Of a stretch of DNA of 64,000 nt, positions 27,140-37,070 are shown one piece after another. A program made the translations under genes and the position numbers. The first letter of the stretch is position 1; the number at the start of each line of letters is the position of its first letter. The notes below the pieces were generated by a model. The model saw nothing but the letters and a program-made list of their open reading frames with translations, had not been told where the DNA came from and searched no databases. The DNA is taken from NCBI GenBank assembly GCA_963664225.1, contig OY760937.1, forward strand, positions 2,144,001-2,208,000, written 5' to 3'. This DNA comes from Verrucomicrobiia bacterium (lineage in GTDB: Bacteria > Verrucomicrobiota > Verrucomicrobiia > Limisphaerales > UBA1319).

Positions 27140-29626
27140 TTATTCGGTTAAAAATGGTTCGGCGTGCCAGATCTCCCTGGCATAATCGGTAATCGTGCGA
27201 TCGCTGGAGAACCTGCCGGACGCGGCGATGTTCAGGATCACCTTTCGTGTCCACGCCGACTGGTCGGAATACAATTCCCCCAGTCGTTGCTGGGCCTGGG
27301 CGTAACCGGTGATGTCGGCCAGATGCCGGTAATGGTCGCCGTGTTGCAGCAGCGCATCGAGAATGGGTGTGAAGATGCCGGGCTCGTTTTGGCTGAAATG
27401 ATTACTGGCAATCAGGTCGAGCGCGGCGCGGGTTTCCGGCTCGTTCTCGTAGTGCCAGCGCGGATTATACCAGCCGCGACTTCCCTCGACCTGCTCCGCA
27501 GTCTGGCCGAACAGGAATAAGTTTTCCTCGCCGGCTGCTTCGGCCATTTCGATGGTCGCACCGTCGCGTGTCCCAATGGTCAGCGCGCCGTTCATCATGA
27601 ATTTCATGTTGCTCGTCCCGCTGGCTTCGTAGCCGGCCGTCGAGATCTGTTCGGAGACATCGCTGGCCGGGATGAGATACTCCGCGACGGAGACGCGATA
27701 GTCCGGCACAAAGACGACATTCAACCGGCCTTTGGCGATCGGATCGCCGTCGAGCGTGGCAGCAAGGTTGTTGATGAACTTGATGACGAGCTTGGCGAAG
27801 TGGTAGGCGGGCGCGGCCTTGCCGGCGAAGAAAAAGGTGCGCGGCGGAACGTCGAGATGCGGGTTTCCGCGCAGGCGATTGTAGAGCACGACGATGTGCA
27901 GCGCATTCAAAAGTTGCCGTTTGTATTCATGGATGCGTTTGATTTGGGTGTCGAAAATCGTGTCGGGATCGATCCCCGGTCTTCCCAGCCACTTGATGAA
28001 GCGCGTCTTCGCGTCGCGTTTGGCTTTGCGGACGGCGGCGCAAAACGAACTATCGTCGGCGAGCGGTTTTAATTTCTCCAACTGTGCCAGGTCGGTGATC
28101 CAGCCATCGCCTATGGCCCCGGTGATGACCGCCGCCAGCGACGGGTTTGCCAGCAGCAGCCAGCGGCGTGGTGTGACGCCATTGGTTTTATTGTTGAAGC
28201 GTTCGGGAAACAGGGCTGCGAAGTCCGGCACAACCCTCTGCTTGAGTAACTCCGAATGCAACGCAGCCACACCGTTGGTGCTGTGCGAGCCGACGATGGC
28301 CAGATGTGCCATGCGAACCTGGCGAACCGGGCCTTCTTCGATCAGGCTGACGCGCTCGACCCGCCCGGTGTCGCCGGGGCACCGCGCGCGCACATCGTCG
28401 AGGAAACGGCGATTGATTTCGTAAATGATTTCGAGATGGCGCGGCAGCAAATCCTGAAACCACCGCACCGGCCATTTCTCCAACGCTTCAGGCAGCAGCG
28501 TGTGATTCGTGTAAGCCAGGGTGCGTTGCGTGAGATTCCACGCGTCGGGCCAACTCAGTTTCGCTTCGTCCAGCAGCAGCCGCATCAATTCCGGCACGGC
28601 GATGGAAGGATGCGTGTCGTTGAGTTGGATGGCGACCTTCCCGGGCAGCGCGGACCAATCATTGCCGTCGGCCCGGAAGCGGCGGACCAGATCGGCCAGC
28701 GAGCAGGCGACGAGAAAGTATTCCTGCAAGAACCGCAGACCTCTGCCTTCCGTCGTGTGATCGTCGGGATACAACACGCGCGTAATCGTCTCGGCGGTGA
28801 GCGTTTCGGCCAGGGCGCCGACGAAATCACCGCTGCTAAACTGGGAGAAGTCGAAATCATTCGAAGCCTTGACGACCCACAGGCGCAGCGTGTTGATCGT
28901 TTTGCCGCCGTAGCCGACAACGGGCCGGTCGTAGGGAATGCCAATGAGGGTGGACGGTCGCCCTTCGACAACGCGCAGCGCGCCGCCGCGAATCTCGAAC
29001 GACACGTCGAGCTTCACCTCCACGGCTTCGTTGGGCCGGGCCACTTCCCACGGATCGGGCCGGGTGAGCCAGTGGTCGGGTTGTTCGGCCTGCCAGCCGT
29101 CGCGGATACTTTGCCGGAAAATGCCGTAGTCGTAGCGCAAGCCATAGCCCATGCCGGCAATGCCGAGGGTTGCCATGGAATCGAGAAAACACGCCGCCAA
29201 CCGTCCCAGGCCGCCGTTGCCGAGACCCGCGTCCGGTTCCTGCTCGATGATTTGCAGCGGATCGAGTTGGTGATGCTGGCAGAATTGCCGCACCTCGGGG
29301 TCAATGAGGAGATTGGCGATGTTGTTGGCCAGAGCGCGACCGAGCAGAAATTCCATCGAGAGGTAGTAAACGCGCTTGGCGTTGCGTTGCCGGTAAGTCT
29401 GCCCGGTCTTCAGCCAGCGTTGCGAAAGCACGTCGCGCACGGAATGGGCGATCGCTTCGAACTTGTCGCGGTCGGTGGTCTCCGCTTCCGCGACGACCTG
29501 GTCGAACGTAACGTGCCGCTCATAAAAAGCGTCGGAGTCACCGAATAGCTTAATTGGCCCGCAGTCGTAATGTTCGACAAGAGCCTTCTTTGTTCCAGGG
29601 CTGCTTTTCATACTTTTGGTGTTCAT
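27140..29626 (-). CDS. glgP: Glycogen/alpha-glucan phosphorylase
   Basis: GLGNGGLGRLAAC, QLNDTHP, KRIHEYKRQ, EASGTSNMK (PLP lysine). Confidence 0.97.
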   Translation of the reverse strand: MNTKSMKSSPGTKKALVEHYDCGPIKLFGDSDAFYERHVTFDQVVAEAETTDRDKFEAIAHSVRDVLSQRWLKTGQTYRQRNAKRVYYLSMEFLLGRALANNIANLLIDPEVRQFCQHHQLDPLQIIEQEPDAGLGNGGLGRLAACFLDSMATLGIAGMGYGLRYDYGIFRQSIRDGWQAEQPDHWLTRPDPWEVARPNEAVEVKLDVSFEIRGGALRVVEGRPSTLIGIPYDRPVVGYGGKTINTLRLWVVKASNDFDFSQFSSGDFVGALAETLTAETITRVLYPDDHTTEGRGLRFLQEYFLVACSLADLVRRFRADGNDWSALPGKVAIQLNDTHPSIAVPELMRLLLDEAKLSWPDAWNLTQRTLAYTNHTLLPEALEKWPVRWFQDLLPRHLEIIYEINRRFLDDVRARCPGDTGRVERVSLIEEGPVRQVRMAHLAIVGSHSTNGVAALHSELLKQRVVPDFAALFPERFNNKTNGVTPRRWLLLANPSLAAVITGAIGDGWITDLAQLEKLKPLADDSSFCAAVRKAKRDAKTRFIKWLGRPGIDPDTIFDTQIKRIHEYKRQLLNALHIVVLYNRLRGNPHLDVPPRTFFFAGKAAPAYHFAKLVIKFINNLAATLDGDPIAKGRLNVVFVPDYRVSVAEYLIPASDVSEQISTAGYEASGTSNMKFMMNGALTIGTRDGATIEMAEAAGEENLFLFGQTAEQVEGSRGWYNPRWHYENEPETRAALDLIASNHFSQNEPGIFTPILDALLQHGDHYRHLADITGYAQAQQRLGELYSDQSAWTRKVILNIAASGRFSSDRTITDYAREIWHAEPFLTE

Positions 29627-31050
29627 GGATTTTGCAATTGAATGGCATTTTTCGCGGCTGCTGCGGCGGGTTGGGCTGGTGAATCCGATTTGATTGACTG
29701 GTCCCGAAGGTCAGACACCAACCGTCTGAATTCCTCGTTGCCGGCAAGTTGGCGGGCGGCCAACTGGCGCAGGCGGTCCACTGTCTTTGAAGGAAGCCGA
29801 AGCGAAGTGGGCACGGAATTAAAGAATCGGCGTTCCGACTCATCGGCCAGTTGATTGAAATGCAGCTCGATAACGTAGGGGGTGATTTCGGGCGGCTGGG
29901 AATCGCCGGAGCCGGTCCGCTCACGCGAAAGACGCGCCATGGTTTCCTGAAACAATTCAATGGTTTCAAAGGAGTAATGGCTCACGGCAGCTCCGCTAAC
30001 CGAACCGATCAGCGATCCCAAACCAAGCGGGTGCTCTTTGGAATCCCAGCCGTAGTCCCGGTCCGTGTGCGCATCAACGACGATAAGTGCAACGCGGCGA
30101 GGCAACTTCGAAGGCGCGCTTGGGAGGAGAGTGGACTGTTCGTGCGCTATAGCCCTGTCAAGGGCGCCGCGCAATCCGAGATTGTCGGACAGTCCGCCGT
30201 CGAGCAAATGAATGAAGTGCCGATGCCCGTCCACATATGAGCGCGCCTGCAAAGCGACGTATTTCATGCGGGTCGAGGCGGCCGGGTCCTTCAATATAGC
30301 CTGTACCCATTCCGGCTCGGCCTCCGCCTTCCCCGCCGAATAGTTCTTGAGCACCACCGGGGTTAGACAAATTGGGAACGCAGAGGAGGCGGCAACAGCG
30401 CGGGAAATCGGGAATTGCGAAAGGTCCGATCCGATCAGATCAAATTCGTCCTGGGTGAATTCGAACCGCGCGCCGGAGGCGACATCCGTGGCATTGATGC
30501 TGAGAAATGGCCGGTTGCTCTGTGTCATCAAATCCGCAAACGTTGCGCCTTTGAAAAGCAGGCGATCATAATACTTCGCCGCCAGGTCGCTCCGGCTGAA
30601 TTTTGGCGAAGCCAGCCTGACTTGATTACAGGGTGACAAAACGCGAAGCAGCAAATCGGTCTGGACATCCTTCTTGAGAAACTGAGATTCGAAGTCAGAA
30701 AAAATGCGATCGCCCCAGAGCGCATAGTAGGCCGCGGTAAAACTGCCGCCGGACACCGAGGAGATGGTGTCCACCTCATCGAGCATCCGGTGTTGCTTTC
30801 CCTTTGCGCACACTGGCGTGCGCGCGAGTTCCTCCAGCACGCCGTACGACAGCGCTGCGGCGCGTGTGCCGCCGCCAGAAAACGCCAGCATCAAGAGCAA
30901 GTCGGAGGAATTTGTGGACGGCGCAACATGGCCAAACCGATAACCAGCGGATGCGTCACCTGATTTCAACCGTGCGTTTTGCGGATAATGGGCGCAGCCG
31001 CTGACGAGCAGCAGAACCGCCAGAAATATTGAAACAGGTTTTAAGACCAT
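29623..31050 (-). CDS. Patatin-like phospholipase lipoprotein
   Basis: Lipobox VSGC, SGGGTRA, SVSGG nucleophile, DGG. Confidence 0.9.
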   Translation of the reverse strand: MVLKPVSIFLAVLLLVSGCAHYPQNARLKSGDASAGYRFGHVAPSTNSSDLLLMLAFSGGGTRAAALSYGVLEELARTPVCAKGKQHRMLDEVDTISSVSGGSFTAAYYALWGDRIFSDFESQFLKKDVQTDLLLRVLSPCNQVRLASPKFSRSDLAAKYYDRLLFKGATFADLMTQSNRPFLSINATDVASGARFEFTQDEFDLIGSDLSQFPISRAVAASSAFPICLTPVVLKNYSAGKAEAEPEWVQAILKDPAASTRMKYVALQARSYVDGHRHFIHLLDGGLSDNLGLRGALDRAIAHEQSTLLPSAPSKLPRRVALIVVDAHTDRDYGWDSKEHPLGLGSLIGSVSGAAVSHYSFETIELFQETMARLSRERTGSGDSQPPEITPYVIELHFNQLADESERRFFNSVPTSLRLPSKTVDRLRQLAARQLAGNEEFRRLVSDLRDQSIKSDSPAQPAAAAAKNAIQLQNP

Positions 31051-31529
31051 GATTGTTCTCCACAGAGATGTTTTGGTTCGGCAGCGTCCGGCACGAGATC
31101 GTCGGGGAAATACTCCTGAATTGCCGAAAGAAGCCGCCGCGCGAGATTCCCGTCTTTCACCAAAAAAGCGTCAGCACCTGCAGCCATGCACCTGGCCCGG
31201 GCCTCTGGCGTGTCGTCGCTGGTCACAACGAATACGATGGGCGGATTCGGCAGTTGTTTTAGGCGGCGCGCGGTTTCCGCGCCGTCCATCCGAGGCATAT
31301 GCAGGTCTGTAACCATCAAGTCCAGTCGAAGTGTTGAAGCGTTACAGAGCGCTTTTCGGCCATCCGGCGCGGCGCCCACGATGAATATCCGCGGGTTCTT
31401 GGACACAATCCTGGCCATCAATGCCATCAGGAATGGACAGTCCTCCGCCAGAAACGCACGTATAGTGCGGGTGGGTAAACTGTCATTCTCCGGCGCGGAA
31501 CATTGTGATTTTTCAATACATGCTTTCAT
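31041..31529 (-). CDS. Stand-alone response regulator receiver
   Basis: AED, TDLHMPRMDG, T, GADAFLVK; no output domain; TAATG coupling to the upstream gene. Confidence 0.85.
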   Translation of the reverse strand: MKACIEKSQCSAPENDSLPTRTIRAFLAEDCPFLMALMARIVSKNPRIFIVGAAPDGRKALCNASTLRLDLMVTDLHMPRMDGAETARRLKQLPNPPIVFVVTSDDTPEARARCMAAGADAFLVKDGNLARRLLSAIQEYFPDDLVPDAAEPKHLCGEQSWS

Positions 31530-32209
31530 TAACGCTTTTCCTCCGGGGCATTCGCCGGGCTTTTGATTCGAGACGGAGTCCACCGCAGCAAGTCCATTGG
31601 CAGCGTGGTTTCGGGCATCCCCTCTGGCGTTGGAAAGGCGCTGACTCGGGTGATGTTGTTGGGATTGATGAAGCCAATGCCGCCCCCCTTCAAGCAGAAT
31701 GGAATGACCGGCAGGTCGAACAAGTGCGCAAACGACTGACGCTGATCGTGGACCGTGCCCCGAGTCATCGCCACCACCTTCAGTGTGCTAACCCATCCGC
31801 CGAGAGTGTGAATTTCCACCTTTGAAACGAGCGGGTTTAATGGATCAATACAATCACTGTCTGAGAGATCATTACCGGCGACCGTCTCTTCGCCCGATTG
31901 CTCATTCTGGAACTCGGTAATATTGATCGGTCCCAGAGGAGACTTCAGTGGGAAAATCACCGGAACCTGAACGGATGTGTGGGCGAGGATAATGTCAATC
32001 GCCCGGCAGGGAATCATGCTGGTGCCGCCTTCCGAGGCCAGCAGCAATTGCGGCTGAGTCAGCAGGCGCGGCGTGAAAAGCAAGCGCAATGTTTTACCGA
32101 TGCGTTCCTCGTCGGCCTGGTAATACTCGGTGGATGTTCCGTCTGAAGAACGAATTTCAAGTGTGAGATCAGTTCGGTTTGTGGTCATATCAACTAGGTG
32201 GGGGTTCAT
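31529..32209 (-). CDS. Hypothetical protein
   Basis: 226-aa ORF tightly coupled within the operon; two halves each begin with a similar EI(R/H)xxxG segment. Confidence 0.65.
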   Translation of the reverse strand: MNPHLVDMTTNRTDLTLEIRSSDGTSTEYYQADEERIGKTLRLLFTPRLLTQPQLLLASEGGTSMIPCRAIDIILAHTSVQVPVIFPLKSPLGPINITEFQNEQSGEETVAGNDLSDSDCIDPLNPLVSKVEIHTLGGWVSTLKVVAMTRGTVHDQRQSFAHLFDLPVIPFCLKGGGIGFINPNNITRVSAFPTPEGMPETTLPMDLLRWTPSRIKSPANAPEEKR

Positions 32210-32211
32210 AT

Positions 32212-32421
32212 TTAGGCTCCTCGGGATTGATTTGCGAGTCTTCGATTTACTTCCTGCTCCACATCAAGCCAATCGTTCAATGTCATCTGCCCGGAACCGG
32301 CTCGCGCAGCACAAGCCGCATCGATCAACTGGCGAATTCGCAGGATTGTCGGTCGTCCGGCGGAACGCTGTGAAACAGCGGGACGACAGTGGTGGCATGG
32401 AACTTCGTTACTCGTTTTCAT
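32212..32421 (-). CDS. DUF2934-like small protein
   Basis: RIRQL...R...LNDWLDVEQE resembles the DUF2934 DWxxAE motif. Confidence 0.55.
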   Translation of the reverse strand: MKTSNEVPCHHCRPAVSQRSAGRPTILRIRQLIDAACAARAGSGQMTLNDWLDVEQEVNRRLANQSRGA

Positions 32422-32452
32422 TTCATCCTTTTTCATTGCCTTCGTCGCCGAA

Positions 32453-33505
32453 TCAGAAGAAGTAGCCGAGGGAGATTGAGCCGAACCCTTCATGTCCCTG
32501 CTGACCCTCGAATTCCTTGCCCAAGAAAATGTAGGTGAAGGAAGCCTGGAAGCGTCGATTGCCCACACACATGCCGACGCCAGTCATTGGCACAAAGAAC
32601 TCCTTGTCCACACTCGGGCTGTTCCTAAACGTATTGCCATCAAGCGTGATGTCCCGCAGCACCAGGTTGGCAAAGCTGCCGCCGAAAACCGAGAACCCCC
32701 AATCAGAAGACCGGCTCAGCGCGTCGCGCCTTGGCGGCGGCATGTGCCCCATGTCGCGCACCAGTGTCGGGCCGAAATCATCGGGCATGTTGTAGCCGGC
32801 GCGCACCAACCCCCCAACCTGGCCCTGGGTGAGGACATTGCCCAGCCATCCGCCGCCCACAGGCAATGCTTGCAGGGACCATTGTTCACGGTCGCCTGTC
32901 AGTTGGAACCTGTGCCGGTATTCGTAGGCGAGGTTAAAGATGGGCTCGTTGTGCAATTGGTAACCCCAGCCTTCCGACGTGTCGTTGCCGATGAGACGAT
33001 GCACTGTGTTCTGTGATTCCTCCGCCAATGACCCGGGGCCGACAACGCCTGTCATGAACTTCAGCCCGTGATAAGAGTTCTCCTTCTCCACATGCAATGT
33101 AAGCCCAAAGGAGAGAATTCCGGCATAAGGGCGATCATTTGGGTCCGGGATGCTCCGTTGCGTATCTGCCGGAGTGAACATTCCTTGCGTCACGTCGTAA
33201 CCCACTGTGCGGCGTCCTTCACCCCACGACAGCCAGTTCGCGAATGGGTCTATCCAACTGGGACCAGTGTGGGATACGCCCAATGAGACGCCATCGGTGT
33301 AGAACCGGTCCGTTCCGCCAAACGTATCGTTCTCCCAGCGCACTGACATGGCCCATTGCCGCGGCTCAGCGGCGAGTTGACAGGGAGGATTGTTGGTGGA
33401 TTCAGCCATGCCGCCGGCGGGCGCTCCCATCAAAAGGCTCAACACAATCATTTTTGTGCGGTTTATCCGGGAGTGACCTGATGGATGGGACTCGTGTGGT
33501 TTCAT
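32453..33505 (-). CDS. Lipid A 3'-O-deacylase LpxR-family outer-membrane protein
   Basis: WEND, DRFYTDG, FTP...DRPYAG, GWGYQL, DITLDGNTF, C-terminal Phe. Confidence 0.88.
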   Translation of the reverse strand: MKPHESHPSGHSRINRTKMIVLSLLMGAPAGGMAESTNNPPCQLAAEPRQWAMSVRWENDTFGGTDRFYTDGVSLGVSHTGPSWIDPFANWLSWGEGRRTVGYDVTQGMFTPADTQRSIPDPNDRPYAGILSFGLTLHVEKENSYHGLKFMTGVVGPGSLAEESQNTVHRLIGNDTSEGWGYQLHNEPIFNLAYEYRHRFQLTGDREQWSLQALPVGGGWLGNVLTQGQVGGLVRAGYNMPDDFGPTLVRDMGHMPPPRRDALSRSSDWGFSVFGGSFANLVLRDITLDGNTFRNSPSVDKEFFVPMTGVGMCVGNRRFQASFTYIFLGKEFEGQQGHEGFGSISLGYFF

Positions 33506-33521
33506 GGAGGAAATAGATTGA

Positions 33522-33752
33522 TTATTTAACGCAAAGGTGATCTCGACGTTGATGCTGGTCCGGCGGCATTGACCTCCGCGCTGTGCCCCGTGGTCGGATG
33601 GGACCGAGGGCGACCTGGAACGATTCGCCGGGATGATCGTCACCCTGCGCAGGGTTGTGTTCCCGGGCGGGCTGGTTGTGCCAGAAGGAGCCATACACCA
33701 TGGCCAAAAGGACGGTTCCGATTATGAGAGGAAGCATTGACATGGCGCTCAC
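33522..33752 (-). CDS. Small hypothetical membrane protein
   Basis: Single N-terminal TM; GTGA overlap with the upstream stop; fills an operon gap. Confidence 0.35.
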   Translation of the reverse strand: MSAMSMLPLIIGTVLLAMVYGSFWHNQPAREHNPAQGDDHPGESFQVALGPIRPRGTARRSMPPDQHQRRDHLCVK

Positions 33753-34015
33753 TGATTGGCACTTCGATTAGTTGTGGTCTCAGATCCACGCGCAGAAAGT
33801 TGAAAGCGGCTGCCGGTCGTGTTCGGGTCCAGGGGCTTGTGTCCTGGCGGAGGCGCGTGCCGATCGAGATACTCCATGGCACAGGATGGACTACAAAGCG
33901 AAACCCGGCCTTGGGTTCCGGGAAAATGCGCGAACCAATGCTCTTTTACACTACAACCGCAAAAGCAGCAGATTTCGTTTTCCGTGGCGGGTGCGATTAG
34001 AATTTCAGCCTTCAT
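33749..34015 (-). CDS. Small Cys-rich metal-binding protein (TRASH/YHS-like)
   Basis: CCFCGC...LCSPSC from ATG 34015. Confidence 0.55.
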   Translation of the reverse strand: MKAEILIAPATENEICCFCGCSVKEHWFAHFPGTQGRVSLCSPSCAMEYLDRHAPPPGHKPLDPNTTGSRFQLSARGSETTTNRSANQ

Positions 34016-34023
34016 GGAAGTAT

Positions 34024-34338
34024 TCAACTGACGGCCAGGAGCGAAACCCGCTCGTTGCGGTCGTTGCAGGCAATGCCACTTGCATTCGGATCGAGCGTCG
34101 GCCGACCATCCACAAGGAATACGTACCGATGGAACCCGTGACTCAGCTCCAAGCTGGCCACCCATTGGTCGTCGGGTCGGCGGATCATCGGGGTTGCGTT
34201 GGTCTCCCAATTGTTAAAATCGCCAACGATTGAAACCTGTTTTGCTTCCGGCGCCTGACAAGAGAAGTGCGCATGATGAAGGTTTCGTTTTGCGGAGTAG
34301 CGTGACAGGGTGTCGCAAGTGTGGAATTCCGTAAACAT
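34024..34338 (-). CDS. Glycogen-binding CBM48/AMPK-beta-like protein
   Basis: APEAKQVSIVGDFNNW, YVFLVDG...DP. Confidence 0.88.
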   Translation of the reverse strand: MFTEFHTCDTLSRYSAKRNLHHAHFSCQAPEAKQVSIVGDFNNWETNATPMIRRPDDQWVASLELSHGFHRYVFLVDGRPTLDPNASGIACNDRNERVSLLAVS

Positions 34339-34342
34339 GGTT

Positions 34343-34747
34343 TCAATTCTCCTTTCCAGGCTGGCAGCCATCGTTAGTAAGGCCCTTCGCTGACACGACC
34401 GTTTCATTCACGACCCCGAGCGGTTTGAGCTTGGCTAGAATCGCGTCCTTCGTGGCCGTGCCAACGATTCGGAGGCGAGGGATTCCTTCCACAAAGTAGA
34501 GCAAAGTAGGGATGGACTTAATGTCATACAAAAGACTCAGATCAATGCTGGCGTCCGCGTTGATCGTGACCACTTTGACTTTTCCTGCCAGCTCGCAGGC
34601 CAGTTCCTGAAGCACGGAATGGAGGATCTGACACGGTCGGCTCCATGGAGTCCAGAACTCGGCCAGCACCGGCTGTTTGGACTTTAGGGCTTCCTCCTCG
34701 AAGGCCACTTCCGTGATGGTTGCGTTCATATTCATATTTTCATTCAT
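34343..34747 (-). CDS. Thioredoxin-fold protein with atypical WSRPC site
   Basis: PVLAEFWTPWSRPC, IKSIPTL (cis-Pro motif); exact start uncertain. Confidence 0.85.
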   Translation of the reverse strand: MNENMNMNATITEVAFEEEALKSKQPVLAEFWTPWSRPCQILHSVLQELACELAGKVKVVTINADASIDLSLLYDIKSIPTLLYFVEGIPRLRIVGTATKDAILAKLKPLGVVNETVVSAKGLTNDGCQPGKEN

Positions 34748-34769
34748 TCGTTCAGAGCGACAGGACTTG

Positions 34770-34785
34770 AGCACGCCCTGTGCCA
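34770..34785 (-). promoter_or_regulatory. Sigma54 (-24/-12) promoter of the left operon
   Basis: Minus strand TGGCAC-AGGGC-GTGCT; adjacent to a bEBP gene. Confidence 0.75.
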
Positions 34786-34929
34786 CGAGGCTTTATTCGC
34801 GTTATGGCGTTGAATACAAAAGGCTTGCAATCATCGCTGCGTGGCCTTCCCCTATTACGAAAAATCGAATTCTCGAAAACCCGTAATTTGCGATTTGCCC
34901 CGCATCGAAGGGGTCAATATATTCGGGTA

Positions 34930-36570
34930 ATGGAACCAACCAGCGACAGACGGTTCGATTCTCATATCGGAGCGCAGTTGCTTCTGGAGATTGCCCGGGA
35001 GCATTCGGTGGAGCCGATCTTGAAGAAAATTGTCGAGAGCGCGGTCGAGAGCGCGGAGTTTGTTTTCTCCCAGGTCTGGTTGATTAAGAAAGGCGACCTC
35101 TGCGCGACGTGCAAGTATCGGCCTGATTGTCCTGACCAGACCCGCTGCTTGCACCTGGTTGCGGGAAGAGCCAGATCGCTTCCGGAGCACGGAAAGGGGC
35201 CGCGGCCGTGCGAGGATCTCAATGCTCGCCTGCCACTGAATTTCGGTCCGCTTGGAGAGGCTGTGGCCAGCGGGCAGTTGAAAGTGGTAAGAAGCCCGGA
35301 CAAGCAGCCGGTATCCGTTGCCGGATTCGAGTGGTTGCGGGAAGAGGGCATCCTTGAATGCGGAATCCGCCCTATTGAATTTAAGGGAGATGTTTTGGGA
35401 GCTACTTTGGGTTTTGCCCGCGAGTTCATTCCGGAGTCCTTCACGCCATGGGGACGGATCTTTGCGGATTATGTGGGAGCCGCCATCGCCAACGCGCGCG
35501 CCTTTGAGGAAATCCAACACCTCAAAGCGCAACTTGAGCTGCAGAATTCTTACTTGCAGGAGGAGGTGGTGGAGGCCAAGGCCTTTGGCAATCTGGTCGG
35601 CCAAAGCGCGGCCCTCAAATACATCGTCAGTCAGATTGACCTGGTCGCGCCCACGGAAGCTTCGGTGCTCATTCTCGGCGAGACGGGAACTGGCAAGGAA
35701 TTGGTCGCCCACGAAATCCACCAGCGCAGCGCCCGCAAGGATGGCGCGCTGGTTCGAGTCAATTGCGCCTCGATTCCACGGGAGTTGTTCGAAAGCGAGT
35801 TTTTCGGCCATGTTCGCGGTGCTTTTACCGGGGCGCTGAAAGATCGGGCCGGACGTTTTGAAACGGCTGAGGGCGGGACCATTTTTCTAGATGAAGTGGG
35901 AGAAATTCCATTGGACATCCAGAACAAGCTGCTTCGCGTTCTCCAGGAGAAACGATATGAACGCGTTGGCGATGACCGAACCCGCCGCGCGGATGTGCGC
36001 GTTGTGGCCGCGACAAACCGCAATTTGAAAAAGGAGGTCGCCGCCGGACGATTCCGGGAGGACCTCTTCTACCGGCTGAACGTTTTTCCGATCCAGGTTC
36101 CACCGCTGCGAGAGCGAATGGACGACATTCCGTTGCTGGCAAAACATTTTGTCGAATTCTCTGCCAAAGACTTGAAATGCGCGAAACCCCGGCTGACCCG
36201 GGCGGCGGTGGCCAAGCTCCAGAGTTACGATTGGCCGGGCAATATCCGTGAATTGCGCAACGTGATCGAGCGCGCCATCATTTTAGCCCGTGGCGGAGGA
36301 TTGGATTTCGACCTGCCTGTCGCCGGTCCAGCGCCGCTTGTTCCCAGGCCAGGTGTTCAGCCGGATGCCTCGACCAGCAGCCCGGCGCAACCCAAGTTTC
36401 TCACTGAAGCCGAACTTCAACGCCGCGAACGTGAAAACCTCGTGCAGGTGTTGGAGGCGGCGAATTGGAAAATCAGCGGATCCGATGGCGCGGCGGAACT
36501 TTTGGGCGTGAAACCAACCACTCTGCTTTCAAGGATGGACAAGTGGGGTCTCAAGAAACCCGACCGTTGA
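34930..36570 (+). CDS. Sigma54-dependent activator (GAF + AAA+ + HTH; FhlA/HyfR-like)
   Basis: GETGTGKE, GAFTGA, FLDEVGE, WPGNIREL, C-terminal HTH; start taken at ATG 34930. Confidence 0.95.
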   Translation: MEPTSDRRFDSHIGAQLLLEIAREHSVEPILKKIVESAVESAEFVFSQVWLIKKGDLCATCKYRPDCPDQTRCLHLVAGRARSLPEHGKGPRPCEDLNARLPLNFGPLGEAVASGQLKVVRSPDKQPVSVAGFEWLREEGILECGIRPIEFKGDVLGATLGFAREFIPESFTPWGRIFADYVGAAIANARAFEEIQHLKAQLELQNSYLQEEVVEAKAFGNLVGQSAALKYIVSQIDLVAPTEASVLILGETGTGKELVAHEIHQRSARKDGALVRVNCASIPRELFESEFFGHVRGAFTGALKDRAGRFETAEGGTIFLDEVGEIPLDIQNKLLRVLQEKRYERVGDDRTRRADVRVVAATNRNLKKEVAAGRFREDLFYRLNVFPIQVPPLRERMDDIPLLAKHFVEFSAKDLKCAKPRLTRAAVAKLQSYDWPGNIRELRNVIERAIILARGGGLDFDLPVAGPAPLVPRPGVQPDASTSSPAQPKFLTEAELQRRERENLVQVLEAANWKISGSDGAAELLGVKPTTLLSRMDKWGLKKPDR

Positions 36571-36766
36571 CCCTTTCTGCGATGAGTTCCCTCTGATCTG
36601 CTGGAAACCTTCTTGCCAAAGCCGAATCCTCAATCGTTGGGCTGTTGCTTGAACCAACGATCATTCTTCGATTTTTCGGAAATTCGAAATATCGAATGCC
36701 GTCCCGCGAGTTGCCTCTTTGATGTTAATCGCTGAACTCCAGCTATTTCCGAGCCTATTTGAGGGT

Positions 36767-36782
36767 TGGCATCTGTGTTGCT
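36767..36782 (+). promoter_or_regulatory. Sigma54 (-24/-12) promoter of the efflux operon
   Basis: TGGCAT-CTGTG-TTGCT, near consensus. Confidence 0.8.
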
Positions 36783-37070
36783 TAGCTCATGTCTCGTATG
36801 CGAATGGAATTCGAAAGCATGAAGAAGTACCGAGAATGGACGCAAGCGACCGTCCTGAGTGGGATAGGGAATTTTCAAGTTTTATGAAAATCTCAATCTC
36901 ACCAAGCAAAGGGGCGGAGGCGGTGACCAATTCCACAGGAGGCCACTTATCCACTCCCGACCGCGCGCACCCGGAACCGATTTTCTGAGACTTCCAGTGG
37001 GAGCCGTGATTCTCAAGACTTTTAACAAACACCGATTATTCCAGCGATAACAGCGAAAATACAACACAAC

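Noticed and set aside
36790..37070. Small ORFs or riboswitch in the emrA leader
   Set aside because: Short ORFs lack a clear RBS or homology cue; no recognisable aptamer.
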